DNA of 64,000 nucleotides from sequence record OP380601.1; one strand, written 5' to 3'. Of this stretch, positions 17,799 through 26,358 are shown one piece after another (positions within the stretch are counted from its first letter, which is position 1; each line of letters begins with the position of its first letter). A program made the translations under genes and the position numbers. The notes under the pieces were generated by a model. The model did no database searches. It saw nothing but the letters and a program-made list of their open reading frames with translations, and had not been told where the DNA came from.

Positions 17799-18005
17799 AT
17801 GACTACTAAAGAAATTCTTCGTTCTGTATATGGTTCTTCTTCCTATTCAAATAACATCAAAGATTATGGTATTGTAGACCATCTGGATCACATAGAGATG
17901 GAACGTTCTATCTATGATGAAACTGGTGTTAACGTGTACAACACCCATGTGAAGGTTTCTACTGTTGCCGAACTCGAAGCACTGATAGAGAAAAATCGTT
18001 GTTGA
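17799..18005 (+). CDS. acyl-carrier-like small protein (weak)
   Basis: GIVDHLDHIEM..IYDETGV..KVSTVAELEALIE resembles the ACP fold but lacks the DSL serine. Confidence 0.35.
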   Translation: MTTKEILRSVYGSSSYSNNIKDYGIVDHLDHIEMERSIYDETGVNVYNTHVKVSTVAELEALIEKNRC

Positions 18006-18052
18006 CACCAATAATCAAGTTTGAGATACTAATCCCGTAGACAGAAACCCCC
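18002..18052 (+). promoter_or_regulatory. early promoter
   Basis: TTGACA-17-GATACT, same leader as 17731. Confidence 0.85.
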
Positions 18053-18075
18053 TCTTATTGAAAAAGGAAATTACC

Positions 18076-18294
18076 ATGACTGCTCAAATCTTCTTCTCTA
18101 CCCGTGCTAATGCTCGTCAGGCTTCTTTCGGTAAGATGACTGATAATGGCTCTACTGCTCCTAAGCGTTGGGCTCGGAGTGTTGAGGTAACTTCCACTGG
18201 CAACAAAACCCTGTCGGTCGGTAAAGGTTCCCGCAACAACGGTTACAAGGCCGTTACCATCATCACCAAGAAAACCAAAACTCTGGTTCACTAA
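18076..18294 (+). CDS. small basic protein, paralogue of 42515
   Basis: FFSTRANARQASFGKMTDNG..KRWAR..ITKKTKTLVH. Confidence 0.85.
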   Translation: MTAQIFFSTRANARQASFGKMTDNGSTAPKRWARSVEVTSTGNKTLSVGKGSRNNGYKAVTIITKKTKTLVH

Positions 18295-18345
18295 GGGAAA
18301 TATTTTGCTCAATTATTTTAAAAGTTAATAAAAAAGGGAAATATT

Positions 18346-18621
18346 ATGCTCAAAAATTTAATTATCGCGTGTTGCGTATTGTTGGTTCAAGGTTGTACTT
18401 TTGATTCTTCAGTAGAATCATGGACTCCTATGGAATGTCGGTATATTTCAAACGATAGTTATGTCGTCAAATTTACACAACAATCATCTATAGTTAAAGC
18501 AACTCCATCCGGTATTACTATAATAAATGAGATAGACGGTAACTATATTACCCTTAGTTCTGAAAGCGAACATTTGTGGCGATGTAAACCTCTTGGTCCA
18601 TCTAAGGCTTGGGTTAATTAA
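18346..18621 (+). CDS. putative lipoprotein
   Basis: Signal peptide with LVQG-C lipobox-like motif. Confidence 0.6.
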   Translation: MLKNLIIACCVLLVQGCTFDSSVESWTPMECRYISNDSYVVKFTQQSSIVKATPSGITIINEIDGNYITLSSESEHLWRCKPLGPSKAWVN

Positions 18622-18630
18622 GGAGATATT

Positions 18631-18969
18631 ATGTTGAATACGCGTTATACTGTTATAAAAGATTTTCCCGAGTTTCATAAAAGGTATCAAGAACTGGTTG
18701 TTGGTTCTTCTTTCAAAGTTATCCGAGTTTCTGCGGGTTATATCTGTGATGGGATTATGGGAATCAAAATGGACTCAGGGACTGTTTACGATATTGCGTT
18801 GGATCCAGACTACTGGTGTTTCTATACTGAGAATATGGTAGTGAATTACCTTGAAGCTCAACCTATGGACGATTGGCAATTGTGGAAGTTTGAAGAGGAC
18901 CTAATACTCAAACAACTGGAACTCCATCGTAGCAAAGAACCGAAAAATGGACATGAACATGTTGAATAA
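18631..18969 (+). CDS. hypothetical protein, tandem paralogue of 18959 N-domain
   Basis: Shared RYxVI..VVGxxFxV..WCFYTENM. Confidence 0.8.
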   Translation: MLNTRYTVIKDFPEFHKRYQELVVGSSFKVIRVSAGYICDGIMGIKMDSGTVYDIALDPDYWCFYTENMVVNYLEAQPMDDWQLWKFEEDLILKQLELHRSKEPKNGHEHVE

Positions 18970-19426
18970 GCGTTATAAAATAATCGCCGATTGTGCTCCT
19001 GCCTTGGTAAAATCTTTCCCTCTTATGGTGGTTGGGAATACTTTCACAGTTACCAAAGTACAACACCTTCCAGATGGATATGATCTAATTTGTGGTATGA
19101 CCCAAATCACCATGGGTTGTGGAACTGTTTATAACATCGATATTCAATCCAAGTTCTGGTGTTTCTATACAGAGAATATGATCGCTTGTCGTCTGTTAGA
19201 AATTAATAACTCGATTATCAAAGTAAAATTTAAAAGTCCAGAACATAGGGAAGAATACATTAGTGATTATCTTCCAAACCAATGGGTATCGGATCTAATG
19301 GGTGATGAGTTCCATGAAGCTATTCAATATCCTAGTGGATTGATTGCACTTAAGAATCTCTTTATTACTGGTAATCGAATTGTGTTCTTTAAGCGTGAAC
19401 ATCAATATCTTGAAATCGTGGAGTAG
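18959..19426 (+). CDS. WCFYTEN domain fused to GoF-like domain
   Basis: C-terminal KVKFKSPEHREEY..N...EHQYLEIVE. Confidence 0.65.
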   Translation: MLNKRYKIIADCAPALVKSFPLMVVGNTFTVTKVQHLPDGYDLICGMTQITMGCGTVYNIDIQSKFWCFYTENMIACRLLEINNSIIKVKFKSPEHREEYISDYLPNQWVSDLMGDEFHEAIQYPSGLIALKNLFITGNRIVFFKREHQYLEIVE

Positions 19427-19429
19427 TAT

Positions 19430-19723
19430 ATGTCTGAACGTGAACTGAAATTGAAACGCATTTGTACCAATATTGAAGATGGTAATTACACTGGCGAACC
19501 CCATGGGCTTGTTACTATCGGTGGAACTCTCCATCTTAAATACCGCGCTGGTGGACGGGATCATAATCAGGACTATCAGGTATTGGTAGAAACTGGAAAC
19601 TATTATGCGGGTTATGTGTTTACTCGTCAGGAAGTTGATTCTATACACCAAGCTTTTGCAAAGCGTAACCGCGCTCTTGAGGCAAAGGAAAAGAGTAGAA
19701 TTTTCGATTCTATTGTTATCTAA
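19430..19723 (+). CDS. hypothetical protein
   Basis: GGAG SD. Confidence 0.75.
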   Translation: MSERELKLKRICTNIEDGNYTGEPHGLVTIGGTLHLKYRAGGRDHNQDYQVLVETGNYYAGYVFTRQEVDSIHQAFAKRNRALEAKEKSRIFDSIVI

Positions 19724-19755
19724 AGCTTGCTATAAGATATTGGCTTTGCTATTAT
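19722..19755 (+). promoter_or_regulatory. early promoter, degenerate terminator-fused type
   Basis: TTGCTA-17-TATTAT inside AAAGC/GCTTT arms. Confidence 0.7.
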
Positions 19756-19782
19756 ACCTACATCAAAACGGTGGAGGTTCCC

Positions 19783-19965
19783 ATGGTAACTTATAAAGTA
19801 AACGAGTTTGGTGGTTTGAAAAATTGTAAAGACGTTCAAGAAAAGGTTAGAGAATTATTCAAATCCGGTATTGCGAAAGAATCGATTACGGTTATCATGG
19901 AACAAGGTAATATCGATGTTACCACATGGCAAGTCACTCAAGCGTTGAAGCGTGTTAAACAATAA
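19783..19965 (+). CDS. hypothetical protein
   Basis: GGAGG SD. Confidence 0.7.
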   Translation: MVTYKVNEFGGLKNCKDVQEKVRELFKSGIAKESITVIMEQGNIDVTTWQVTQALKRVKQ

Positions 19966-19978
19966 AAAGGAAATGACC

Positions 19979-20230
19979 ATGAAAGTTTGTCTCTTCTATA
20001 AAAAGCTCCCGCAAAAGTTCTGGGTTGTTGAGGTTGAATGGAAAGGGTCGTCAGTTTATGATATTCAAACCGCTGACTGTATAAATCGGAATCCTCATAG
20101 CTGCGTAACCTTTCAGCCAATGGAACTGTCGGAAAATCAAGCCAAAAAAGTTATGAAATTCCTTGAGGATAAATTCTCGGTTGCTGGGGCTTCTATTGTT
20201 CGGGAAGAAGACTATCAGTTTCATCAATAA
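19979..20230 (+). CDS. hypothetical protein
   Basis: AAGGA SD. Confidence 0.75.
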   Translation: MKVCLFYKKLPQKFWVVEVEWKGSSVYDIQTADCINRNPHSCVTFQPMELSENQAKKVMKFLEDKFSVAGASIVREEDYQFHQ

Positions 20231-20236
20231 TAGTGC

Positions 20237-20265
20237 TTGTCATTAGATAGACCCTTTGCTATTAT
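20237..20265 (+). promoter_or_regulatory. early promoter
   Basis: TTGTCA-17-TATTAT, ATCGAAA leader. Confidence 0.75.
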
Positions 20266-20292
20266 ACCCATATCGAAATAAGAGGATATCCC

Positions 20293-20445
20293 ATGAAAGA
20301 TTACAAAATCACGGTTACATGTAAGGCCGGTTCTATCTCCTACGAAGTTCGCAAGACTATTAAGGGTGCAACCGGTTTTGCAAAGCGGATCTGTAATGAA
20401 GCCTTTTATGGTGAAGAATGTACCATCGAAATTGTAGAGGTATAA
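20293..20445 (+). CDS. small protein, 50 aa
   Basis: GAGGA SD, first gene after promoter. Confidence 0.7.
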   Translation: MKDYKITVTCKAGSISYEVRKTIKGATGFAKRICNEAFYGEECTIEIVEV

Positions 20446-20448
20446 GAT

Positions 20449-20676
20449 ATGAACTTCTTCCATTATCTCGTTGTGATGAAAACTGTTAATGGTATGGAAA
20501 ACTTTCTTGTATTTGCTATGAACCATTCTAAGGCCAAGGAAAAGGTTATTGGTTATCTGACTGATGAATATATACCATTCAGCAAAGACTATCCTCGTAA
20601 TGAAACGGTTCGAGTTGCAAATTCCCAAGTTGAAGAAATGAAAAATCGTTCTGATATCCAGACACTATATGTATGA
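20449..20676 (+). CDS. hypothetical protein
   Basis: GAGG SD. Confidence 0.7.
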   Translation: MNFFHYLVVMKTVNGMENFLVFAMNHSKAKEKVIGYLTDEYIPFSKDYPRNETVRVANSQVEEMKNRSDIQTLYV

Positions 20677-20725
20677 GTTTATGTGTGATAAAATTCGTCA
20701 CTAGGTGTTTGATGAGGTATAAGAT

Positions 20726-20965
20726 ATGAAAAACATTGATATTATGAAATTGATGGGTTATCAACTGTTCAACTCAAAAGAAGAATTCGATGGGGTGATT
20801 GGTGTCTGACAAGAAAGTTATATTTATTATGGAGATGAAGATTTCCCTTGCTGGATGAAGCAGGTAGAAGAAATTGATGTATCATCCAATATTAAAACTA
20901 TTTTGGTATTTGACCGTATCGAGATGGAAACCGTAGAGATGATGGATAAAATTATTAAAGTTTAG
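20726..20965 (+). pseudogene. gene interrupted by in-frame TGA at 20807-20809
   Basis: GAGG SD; both halves resemble 17275..17517. Confidence 0.65.
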
Positions 20966-20993
20966 TTGACTCCATAATCCATTCTGGTAAGAT
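20966..20993 (+). promoter_or_regulatory. early promoter
   Basis: TTGACT-16-(TGG)TAAGAT; CCATTCTGGTAA shared with 45060 and 58778. Confidence 0.7.
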
Positions 20994-21023
20994 AATCATA
21001 TACCAACTGAGAAGGAATACAGA

Positions 21024-21302
21024 ATGAAACTCCAACGTGAAAGCATTAACCTCGGGTCTGAGTATCGTGGTCAATGGTGTTTCTCCATTCACGATAAGAG
21101 TGAAGATGCTTTGGTTGCTGTTGAAACCGCTCTGAATTCCATCGTGATTGGTGTCCGTGGTGATGGTCGTAATATCACATGGAGAGACTACTGTGATGAC
21201 TGCGCAATCTATGATGAGGGTATCGGTTGTGGCTACATGATCCCAGTGGATATGGTAGATGAATTCAAGGCCGATTTTAAGAAAGTGAAAAAGTTGAAAT
21301 AA
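21024..21302 (+). CDS. hypothetical protein
   Basis: AAGGA SD. Confidence 0.8.
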   Translation: MKLQRESINLGSEYRGQWCFSIHDKSEDALVAVETALNSIVIGVRGDGRNITWRDYCDDCAIYDEGIGCGYMIPVDMVDEFKADFKKVKKLK

Positions 21303-21311
21303 GGAACCTAT

Positions 21312-21539
21312 ATGGACCTCTACGTTTTAAAAAATAAATATACCAATCGGTTGGCAGTTATTGAAATTTGTGGACGTGATGTTTATCTGATTGATGATGA
21401 CGGGAATGGTCTTGATTGTTGTGTCTATGCAGAAATGAATTTATTGGATGTTCAAGATGCATTGAATGGAACTCATGTTGATTTCTATACTGAGATTGAT
21501 CCAGACCATTATGATGTTGTAAAAATCAATATTCCTTAA
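21312..21539 (+). CDS. hypothetical protein
   Basis: AAGGA SD. Confidence 0.75.
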   Translation: MDLYVLKNKYTNRLAVIEICGRDVYLIDDDGNGLDCCVYAEMNLLDVQDALNGTHVDFYTEIDPDHYDVVKINIP

Positions 21540-21548
21540 AATAGTTTA

Positions 21549-21587
21549 TTGACCTAATGACTAAGCTATGAGATACTAGCTTTGTTG
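21549..21587 (+). promoter_or_regulatory. early promoter with stem around -10
   Basis: TTGACC-17-GATACT; AAGCTA-TGAGATAC-TAGCTT. Confidence 0.85.
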
Positions 21588-21614
21588 ATTGAGACAAACC
21601 CCAAGGAGCTTATC

Positions 21615-21881
21615 ATGCAAAACATATACCCCGATTTCTATTCCAGAGATATCGATATTAATATCTGGCGCATTCTGGTTGCTACCAATCCAACTCAGGT
21701 TACTAAGAATGGCGAGATCCGCATGTTCAAAGTAAACCAGCATTGTACAGTTACTTGTGTAGATACATATGCTACAATCTTCGCTACCAATGCGGATGTG
21801 GCTAACACTGTCATCGATATGGCTATCATGATGGAAGAATACACAGACCGCATGGTTAAATCCGTGGTCGATGTTTACTAA
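21615..21881 (+). CDS. hypothetical protein
   Basis: AAGGAG SD. Confidence 0.8.
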   Translation: MQNIYPDFYSRDIDINIWRILVATNPTQVTKNGEIRMFKVNQHCTVTCVDTYATIFATNADVANTVIDMAIMMEEYTDRMVKSVVDVY

Positions 21882-21889
21882 GGGATATC

Positions 21890-22081
21890 GTGGAAAATAA
21901 AAAACTTGTAGAACTAGTTGCCTACCAGACCAGTTGTTTGATATCATCAATGGGTCATCGAGAAGCAGTAGTTGCTTTGGGTAAATGGATTGAAGTAACT
22001 CCCTACGTAACCGATGAAGAAATTGATTATCTTATGAGTTTGGTATATCAGGAGAAAACATCATGGCTAAAGGTAAAGTAA
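21890..22081 (+). CDS. hypothetical protein
   Basis: GTG start, AGGGA SD. Confidence 0.6.
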   Translation: MENKKLVELVAYQTSCLISSMGHREAVVALGKWIEVTPYVTDEEIDYLMSLVYQEKTSWLKVK

Positions 22082-22440
22082 CTACTAAATCCCTTCGTGC
22101 TGGTCAGACCGTCTATCGTGTAAGTGGTCCATCTGGTAATATTGGTAAACATATCATCACCTCTCGTCCATTCGCGTACAAGAAAAAATGTTCTGTTCTG
22201 AATGGTACTATGTGGGTAAAATATCGGAAATATTTCAGCGGTAAAGTTTATGGATTGTCAGATTACTACGAAGACGATTTCAGCCTGACTGATGCGGGTA
22301 TTGATGGTAGTCATCGTAATTCTAACAACCGCTCATTCTACAGCTACAAGGCCGCCAAACGCTGGTCCGATTATGTCAAGTCCCTTCCCAAAAAGATTGA
22401 AGACGATTTCGATTTGTTGATGGATGGATGGAGAGAATAA
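22063..22440 (+). CDS. hypothetical protein
   Basis: AGGAG SD. Confidence 0.8.
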   Translation: MAKGKVTTKSLRAGQTVYRVSGPSGNIGKHIITSRPFAYKKKCSVLNGTMWVKYRKYFSGKVYGLSDYYEDDFSLTDAGIDGSHRNSNNRSFYSYKAAKRWSDYVKSLPKKIEDDFDLLMDGWRE

Positions 22441-22443
22441 GAT

Positions 22444-22692
22444 ATGAAGATTAAATTCAAATCAGAAGATGCTAGGATCGCTTTTGCTTCTTTGTCCGTA
22501 GCCAATGCAACGATTGCAGACTATATGAAAGATGGTGTTCATGAAGCCATTAATCACTCCAATGGATGGATTGAACTAGTTGATGAGAATGGACATGGTA
22601 TGGAGTTTAGTTCACCTTCGTGGGACCATTGGTTTTATTCCGGAGTATTCCATATGGATGAGCGCCAATACATTGACATTGATGGAGAATAA
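22444..22692 (+). CDS. GoF-like domain protein
   Basis: MKIKFKSEDARIAF....N..IADYM...DERQYIDI. Confidence 0.6.
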   Translation: MKIKFKSEDARIAFASLSVANATIADYMKDGVHEAINHSNGWIELVDENGHGMEFSSPSWDHWFYSGVFHMDERQYIDIDGE

Positions 22693-22695
22693 GAT

Positions 22696-22899
22696 ATGAC
22701 CGTAAGGACCATTTATTTCGCTTTCGTTGATAAAGGTTATGCGAATCCAAAGACCAATCTTATTGACCCAATCTTATCTTTGGAAAATGTTGACATTTCT
22801 TCTACTACTGGAATGGACATTTATCGCGACCAATCCGGAGCTGTTTACGTCTATCATGACCGTTTCCATGGTGATTTCGACTTTATGCCAAATTGTTGA
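22696..22899 (+). CDS. hypothetical protein
   Basis: GGAG SD. Confidence 0.7.
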   Translation: MTVRTIYFAFVDKGYANPKTNLIDPILSLENVDISSTTGMDIYRDQSGAVYVYHDRFHGDFDFMPNC

Positions 22900-23047
22900 A
22901 ACGTCACTCGGTGTAACGAGGGGTTTTTCATAGTTTTGCACCATTATAGTGCAATGTACATTTATCCCTCTATCCCGCGCTGGTACTGGGTTTCTTTTAA
23001 CATTTATCCAAATATTTTTAAACAGCAACTAATTTTGTATAAATCAA

Positions 23048-23103
23048 AATGTTTTAATTCATAAACCGAATGTTTGATTCATGAAAGAAAATGTTTGATT
23101 CAT
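23048..23103 (+). repeat. three direct repeats at 21-bp spacing
   Basis: AATGTTT(TA/G)ATTCAT at 23048, 23069, 23090. Confidence 0.75.
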
Positions 23104-23123
23104 TTTTATCGTTGGTGTACTAT
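23095..23123 (+). promoter_or_regulatory. early promoter overlapping third repeat
   Basis: TTGATT-17-TACTAT. Confidence 0.55.
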
Positions 23124-23150
23124 ATCTTTACTGAATTAGGACAATAAATT

Positions 23151-23432
23151 ATGAAATCTGTTTTGCAATATATAAAAGAGAATCCGGATGCCTTTATGGG
23201 TGCTGCTGAATCACGTAGCCATACTAGTCCTAGCCATACTAATATGATGAATCATAAACGGTTGATGGTTTATATCCATAGTGAGAATTGGGTTGAAGTT
23301 GAACAACTGATTACTGATGCGTTTTACTATAAACCGCTTGAGGGGGTTGTGCTGCTTGCCGAGCGTTATGGTCTGGATAGTGATGATTGGTTAGGTGCTT
23401 ATGATGCTTATGAAGCTGGGAATATTGTATGA
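23151..23432 (+). CDS. hypothetical protein
   Basis: AGGA SD. Confidence 0.75.
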   Translation: MKSVLQYIKENPDAFMGAAESRSHTSPSHTNMMNHKRLMVYIHSENWVEVEQLITDAFYYKPLEGVVLLAERYGLDSDDWLGAYDAYEAGNIV

Positions 23433-23740
23433 AGCTCTGGATTATTTCTCTTGTTAGTGTAGTATTGTTATCTGGGTGTTTTCCAAAAGTTGTTAGTGAA
23501 AATACTTATAGTGATGATGTGGTTGTTACTTCCTTTGTGAAGAGACATAAACATCAACGGATTGTTGTTCGTACTTCTGATGGTGTTGTTATTGACCAGT
23601 ATGTAGCTAAACGATGTAGTGATTGTGTTGCTGATGTTGGTGATAAGTTTAATGTGGATGTGACTAGAACTGTTTGGGATGATGGTGATGTTACTTATGA
23701 TCTCAACCGTAGTCAGACTAAAGATTTCTTGAGGAAATAG
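23429..23740 (+). CDS. lipoprotein, paralogue of 25970
   Basis: LLSG-C lipobox. Confidence 0.75.
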   Translation: MKLWIISLVSVVLLSGCFPKVVSENTYSDDVVVTSFVKRHKHQRIVVRTSDGVVIDQYVAKRCSDCVADVGDKFNVDVTRTVWDDGDVTYDLNRSQTKDFLRK

Positions 23741-23743
23741 TTT

Positions 23744-24121
23744 ATGACCCAGATTATAGTTTCTGCTCTTATTTGTTTGTTTGTTGTTGGTCTTATCTGT
23801 TGGATCTCTTTTATTGTCTATACAGAAAATCGATTCTTTAAAGAACTAGATTCTATTAGGAAGTGGTTGAAGACTCACGGGTTTGGTATTGAATTTAATA
23901 GTTGGACTGCTTTTGATATATGTTATATGTATCGTCTTGGTGGTCGTCAACGGTATAATAAAGTTTATAGTTATCGTATCTACTGGAAGCTTTACAATAT
24001 CCGAAAGGCTGATTTGTCTCGGGATGCTACTGTAAAACTTATCAATGCTATGATGAAAACTCATCTTGTTGAAACGCCTGAAGTGGTAGTAGAGGAAAAG
24101 AAGAAAGATTTTTGGATTTAG
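23744..24121 (+). CDS. membrane-anchored protein
   Basis: N-terminal TM helix; similar layout to 26482. Confidence 0.7.
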   Translation: MTQIIVSALICLFVVGLICWISFIVYTENRFFKELDSIRKWLKTHGFGIEFNSWTAFDICYMYRLGGRQRYNKVYSYRIYWKLYNIRKADLSRDATVKLINAMMKTHLVETPEVVVEEKKKDFWI

Positions 24122-24133
24122 ATAACTTGAGGA

Positions 24134-24466
24134 TTGAATATGAAACTAAATGCGGATATGATTGAAAAGATTTGGAATAGTAATGTCAAACTAAATGAAT
24201 GGTTTATTCGTGGTAAAGATAACACTATTTATTTTATTGATGTTGAGCAACGACATTTAGTTAAGCATATCATTAAAGGAAATCAACAAAAGTTGGTGTT
24301 TGACAGTCCATTTGAGACGGTCGATATCAGCAAGCTGGTTGATATGATTGATATGGAAATAATTCCAGATACACCAGAGGGGATTATCCTTTTCCTTAAT
24401 GAAATTGCGTCATGGTTTGAGATGCGATATGCAGATAAACAAATGAAAAAATCTATTGACCTTTAG
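24134..24466 (+). CDS. hypothetical protein
   Basis: GAGG SD. Confidence 0.75.
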   Translation: MNMKLNADMIEKIWNSNVKLNEWFIRGKDNTIYFIDVEQRHLVKHIIKGNQQKLVFDSPFETVDISKLVDMIDMEIIPDTPEGIILFLNEIASWFEMRYADKQMKKSIDL

Positions 24467-24527
24467 ATCCGGTTATGCGATACTCGTTTTGTCGATTGGG
24501 ACACAACTTTTTGAGGAATGCATCATG
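24456..24527 (+). promoter_or_regulatory. early promoter/leader/SD cassette, copy 1
   Basis: TTGACC-17-GATACT; 24473-24527 matches 24974-25028 at 54/55. Confidence 0.9.
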
Positions 24528-24719
24528 AAAATACTATGTGAGTTTAAATACGTTCCTAACAATACCAAGTTTTATGTTCTTCGTTACGTAGGTGCGCCGG
24601 TATATGATAGTATTAGTTTCTTCAAAAAAGATTCTAATATCTGTAAGGATGTATATCAAGAATGGTACTCTCCTGTTGAGTTTAGTGATGACCATCCTTG
24701 TTGGTATTTTGAGGGTTGA
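24525..24719 (+). CDS. hypothetical protein, 64 aa
   Basis: Start within cassette after GAGG SD. Confidence 0.75.
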   Translation: MKILCEFKYVPNNTKFYVLRYVGAPVYDSISFFKKDSNICKDVYQEWYSPVEFSDDHPCWYFEG

Positions 24720-24965
24720 TTGATGATTCATGGTGTGATTGTTCGTGAAACAAAACATGGAAAAGATATTGTTTACTCCCATGATAATGGTTTTACTCGT
24801 TATGTAGTTCAAATTTGTGATGGTGGTTATGCTTGTTATATCAATGAGAGTCGTTGCTTTAAACGAAAAACTCATGACTTAATGATGTCTAATTGTGGTA
24901 TTGATTACAAAGAGATCGAACCTTTAAAGTGGTCTAAAGAATATTATAGAAATTGTTTGATTTAA
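24720..24965 (+). CDS. hypothetical protein
   Basis: GAGG SD. Confidence 0.7.
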   Translation: MMIHGVIVRETKHGKDIVYSHDNGFTRYVVQICDGGYACYINESRCFKRKTHDLMMSNCGIDYKEIEPLKWSKEYYRNCLI

Positions 24966-25028
24966 GTTTATCATTATGCGATACTCGTTTTGTCGATTGG
25001 GACACAACTTTTTGAGGAATGTATCATG
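24957..25028 (+). promoter_or_regulatory. early promoter/leader/SD cassette, copy 2
   Basis: TTGATT-17-GATACT; 55-bp direct repeat. Confidence 0.9.
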
Positions 25029-25880
25029 GAAATGAACAAGTGGGAATCTCAGGGTTTTGGTAAGGCTCCTTTCCGTTGTGTTGGTATGTTTAAGATGCCA
25101 AACAAAGATACTGCTACTATGCAAGATTATGCTGCACTTCCTCAAGGTTATGGTGCTGGCTCTTGTCATGTATGTGGTACTGGTATCATTTACAACTACA
25201 TGATCCATGATGCTAGTGGTAAAAAGTTTGTTGTTGGTTGTGAGTGTGTTAATTATACCAACGATACCAAATTGATTGATGAAGTTAAGGCCGAACGTAA
25301 GGCTTTTAATAACGCACAGAAGGCCCTAGAAACTCGTAAGCGCAACGAAGCAGAGCGGGAGCGTAATGGTGGGTTGACTGATAAAGAAATCGCTCAGAAG
25401 GTCGCACAGGCTGAATGGGATGCTAAACGAGAAGCGTATTTTGATACTCACAAAGAATTGTTTGATGCTGGTCTTGCTACTGGTTATGAGTGGATTGAAG
25501 AGATTGTAGAATCTTGCTGCCATTACTGTTCTATGTCTCCGGCTCAAAAGACTGCTATTGAGAATGGTATTGCAGATCACCAGTTCAAGATGAATGCAAA
25601 GAATGAATTCTTTGGTGCTGTTGGTGAGCGTGTGAAGAAAATGGAATTGACTACCACGTTTGAAATGTGTGTGAAGGTTCCTCAGTTCTATAATGACTAT
25701 GCGGTTTACATCGCGGTCATGGTTGACTCAGAAGGTCGCAGTTTCAAATATATGGGTAGCTCTTTGAATTCCATCCCTAAGAAAGGGGAAACTGGTATTC
25801 TTTCATTCAGTATCAAAGCTCATGAAGAATATAAGGGTACTAACCAAACAGTTATCCAGCGTCCTAAGCTTCACGATTGA
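25026..25880 (+). CDS. Zn-finger plus OB-fold-like nucleic-acid-binding protein
   Basis: CHVCG...VGCEC; C-terminal FFGAVGER..SIKAHEEYKGTNQTVIQRPK. Confidence 0.6.
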   Translation: MEMNKWESQGFGKAPFRCVGMFKMPNKDTATMQDYAALPQGYGAGSCHVCGTGIIYNYMIHDASGKKFVVGCECVNYTNDTKLIDEVKAERKAFNNAQKALETRKRNEAERERNGGLTDKEIAQKVAQAEWDAKREAYFDTHKELFDAGLATGYEWIEEIVESCCHYCSMSPAQKTAIENGIADHQFKMNAKNEFFGAVGERVKKMELTTTFEMCVKVPQFYNDYAVYIAVMVDSEGRSFKYMGSSLNSIPKKGETGILSFSIKAHEEYKGTNQTVIQRPKLHD

Positions 25881-25897
25881 TTGGAAAATAATTTCAA

Positions 25898-25933
25898 AAA
25901 GGGCTTGTCTTCGGATAAGCCCTTTGTTATTAT
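25898..25933 (+). terminator. cUUCGg terminator fused to early promoter
   Basis: AAAGGGCTTGTC-TTCG-GATAAGCCCTTT+GTT; TTGTCT-17-TATTAT. Confidence 0.85.
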
Positions 25934-25969
25934 ACCTACATCGAAACGAAACACGGAAAGGAAAACGAA

Positions 25970-26290
25970 ATGAAAAATCTGCTGGTTGTTGTGTTCGCTC
26001 TGTTCGCTCTGGTTGGTTGTAACGAAGTTGTTAACACTGAATCTTTTGTTGAAACTGCTACCGTGACCAAGTTCGTCAAAACGTTTAAAGATGACCAGCG
26101 TATTAGTATCAAAACCGAATCTGGTATCGAGTTGAATAACCGTGTTGTTGGTAAACATAACTGGTATTACAATGCTAAGAAAGGCCAGATTGGTACTTTC
26201 ACCATCACCAAGAAAACTTATGAAGATGGTAAAGTGACTTATGTTTTCTCTGCTAAAGAAATGCGTGAGTTCCTTCGTTCCAATAAATAA
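25970..26290 (+). CDS. lipoprotein, paralogue of 23429
   Basis: LVG-C lipobox; shared VTxFVK..QRI...G...TY..FLR. Confidence 0.75.
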   Translation: MKNLLVVVFALFALVGCNEVVNTESFVETATVTKFVKTFKDDQRISIKTESGIELNNRVVGKHNWYYNAKKGQIGTFTITKKTYEDGKVTYVFSAKEMREFLRSNK

Positions 26291-26317
26291 TACTTGCGTT
26301 GGTATGTAGTTCTGGTA
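26290..26317 (+). promoter_or_regulatory. early promoter
   Basis: TTGCGT-16-(TGG)TAATAT. Confidence 0.55.
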
Positions 26318-26358
26318 ATATATCCATATTGAAACGCCACATCAAAAAGGAAATAATT

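Noticed and set aside
17799-18005. Functional acyl carrier protein
   Set aside because: ACP-like pattern, but the phosphopantetheine serine (DSL) is replaced by DHL; kept only as a weak fold guess.
20807-20809. Selenocysteine recoding of the in-frame TGA
   Set aside because: No convincing SECIS hairpin downstream and no redox motif; a nonsense mutation is simpler.
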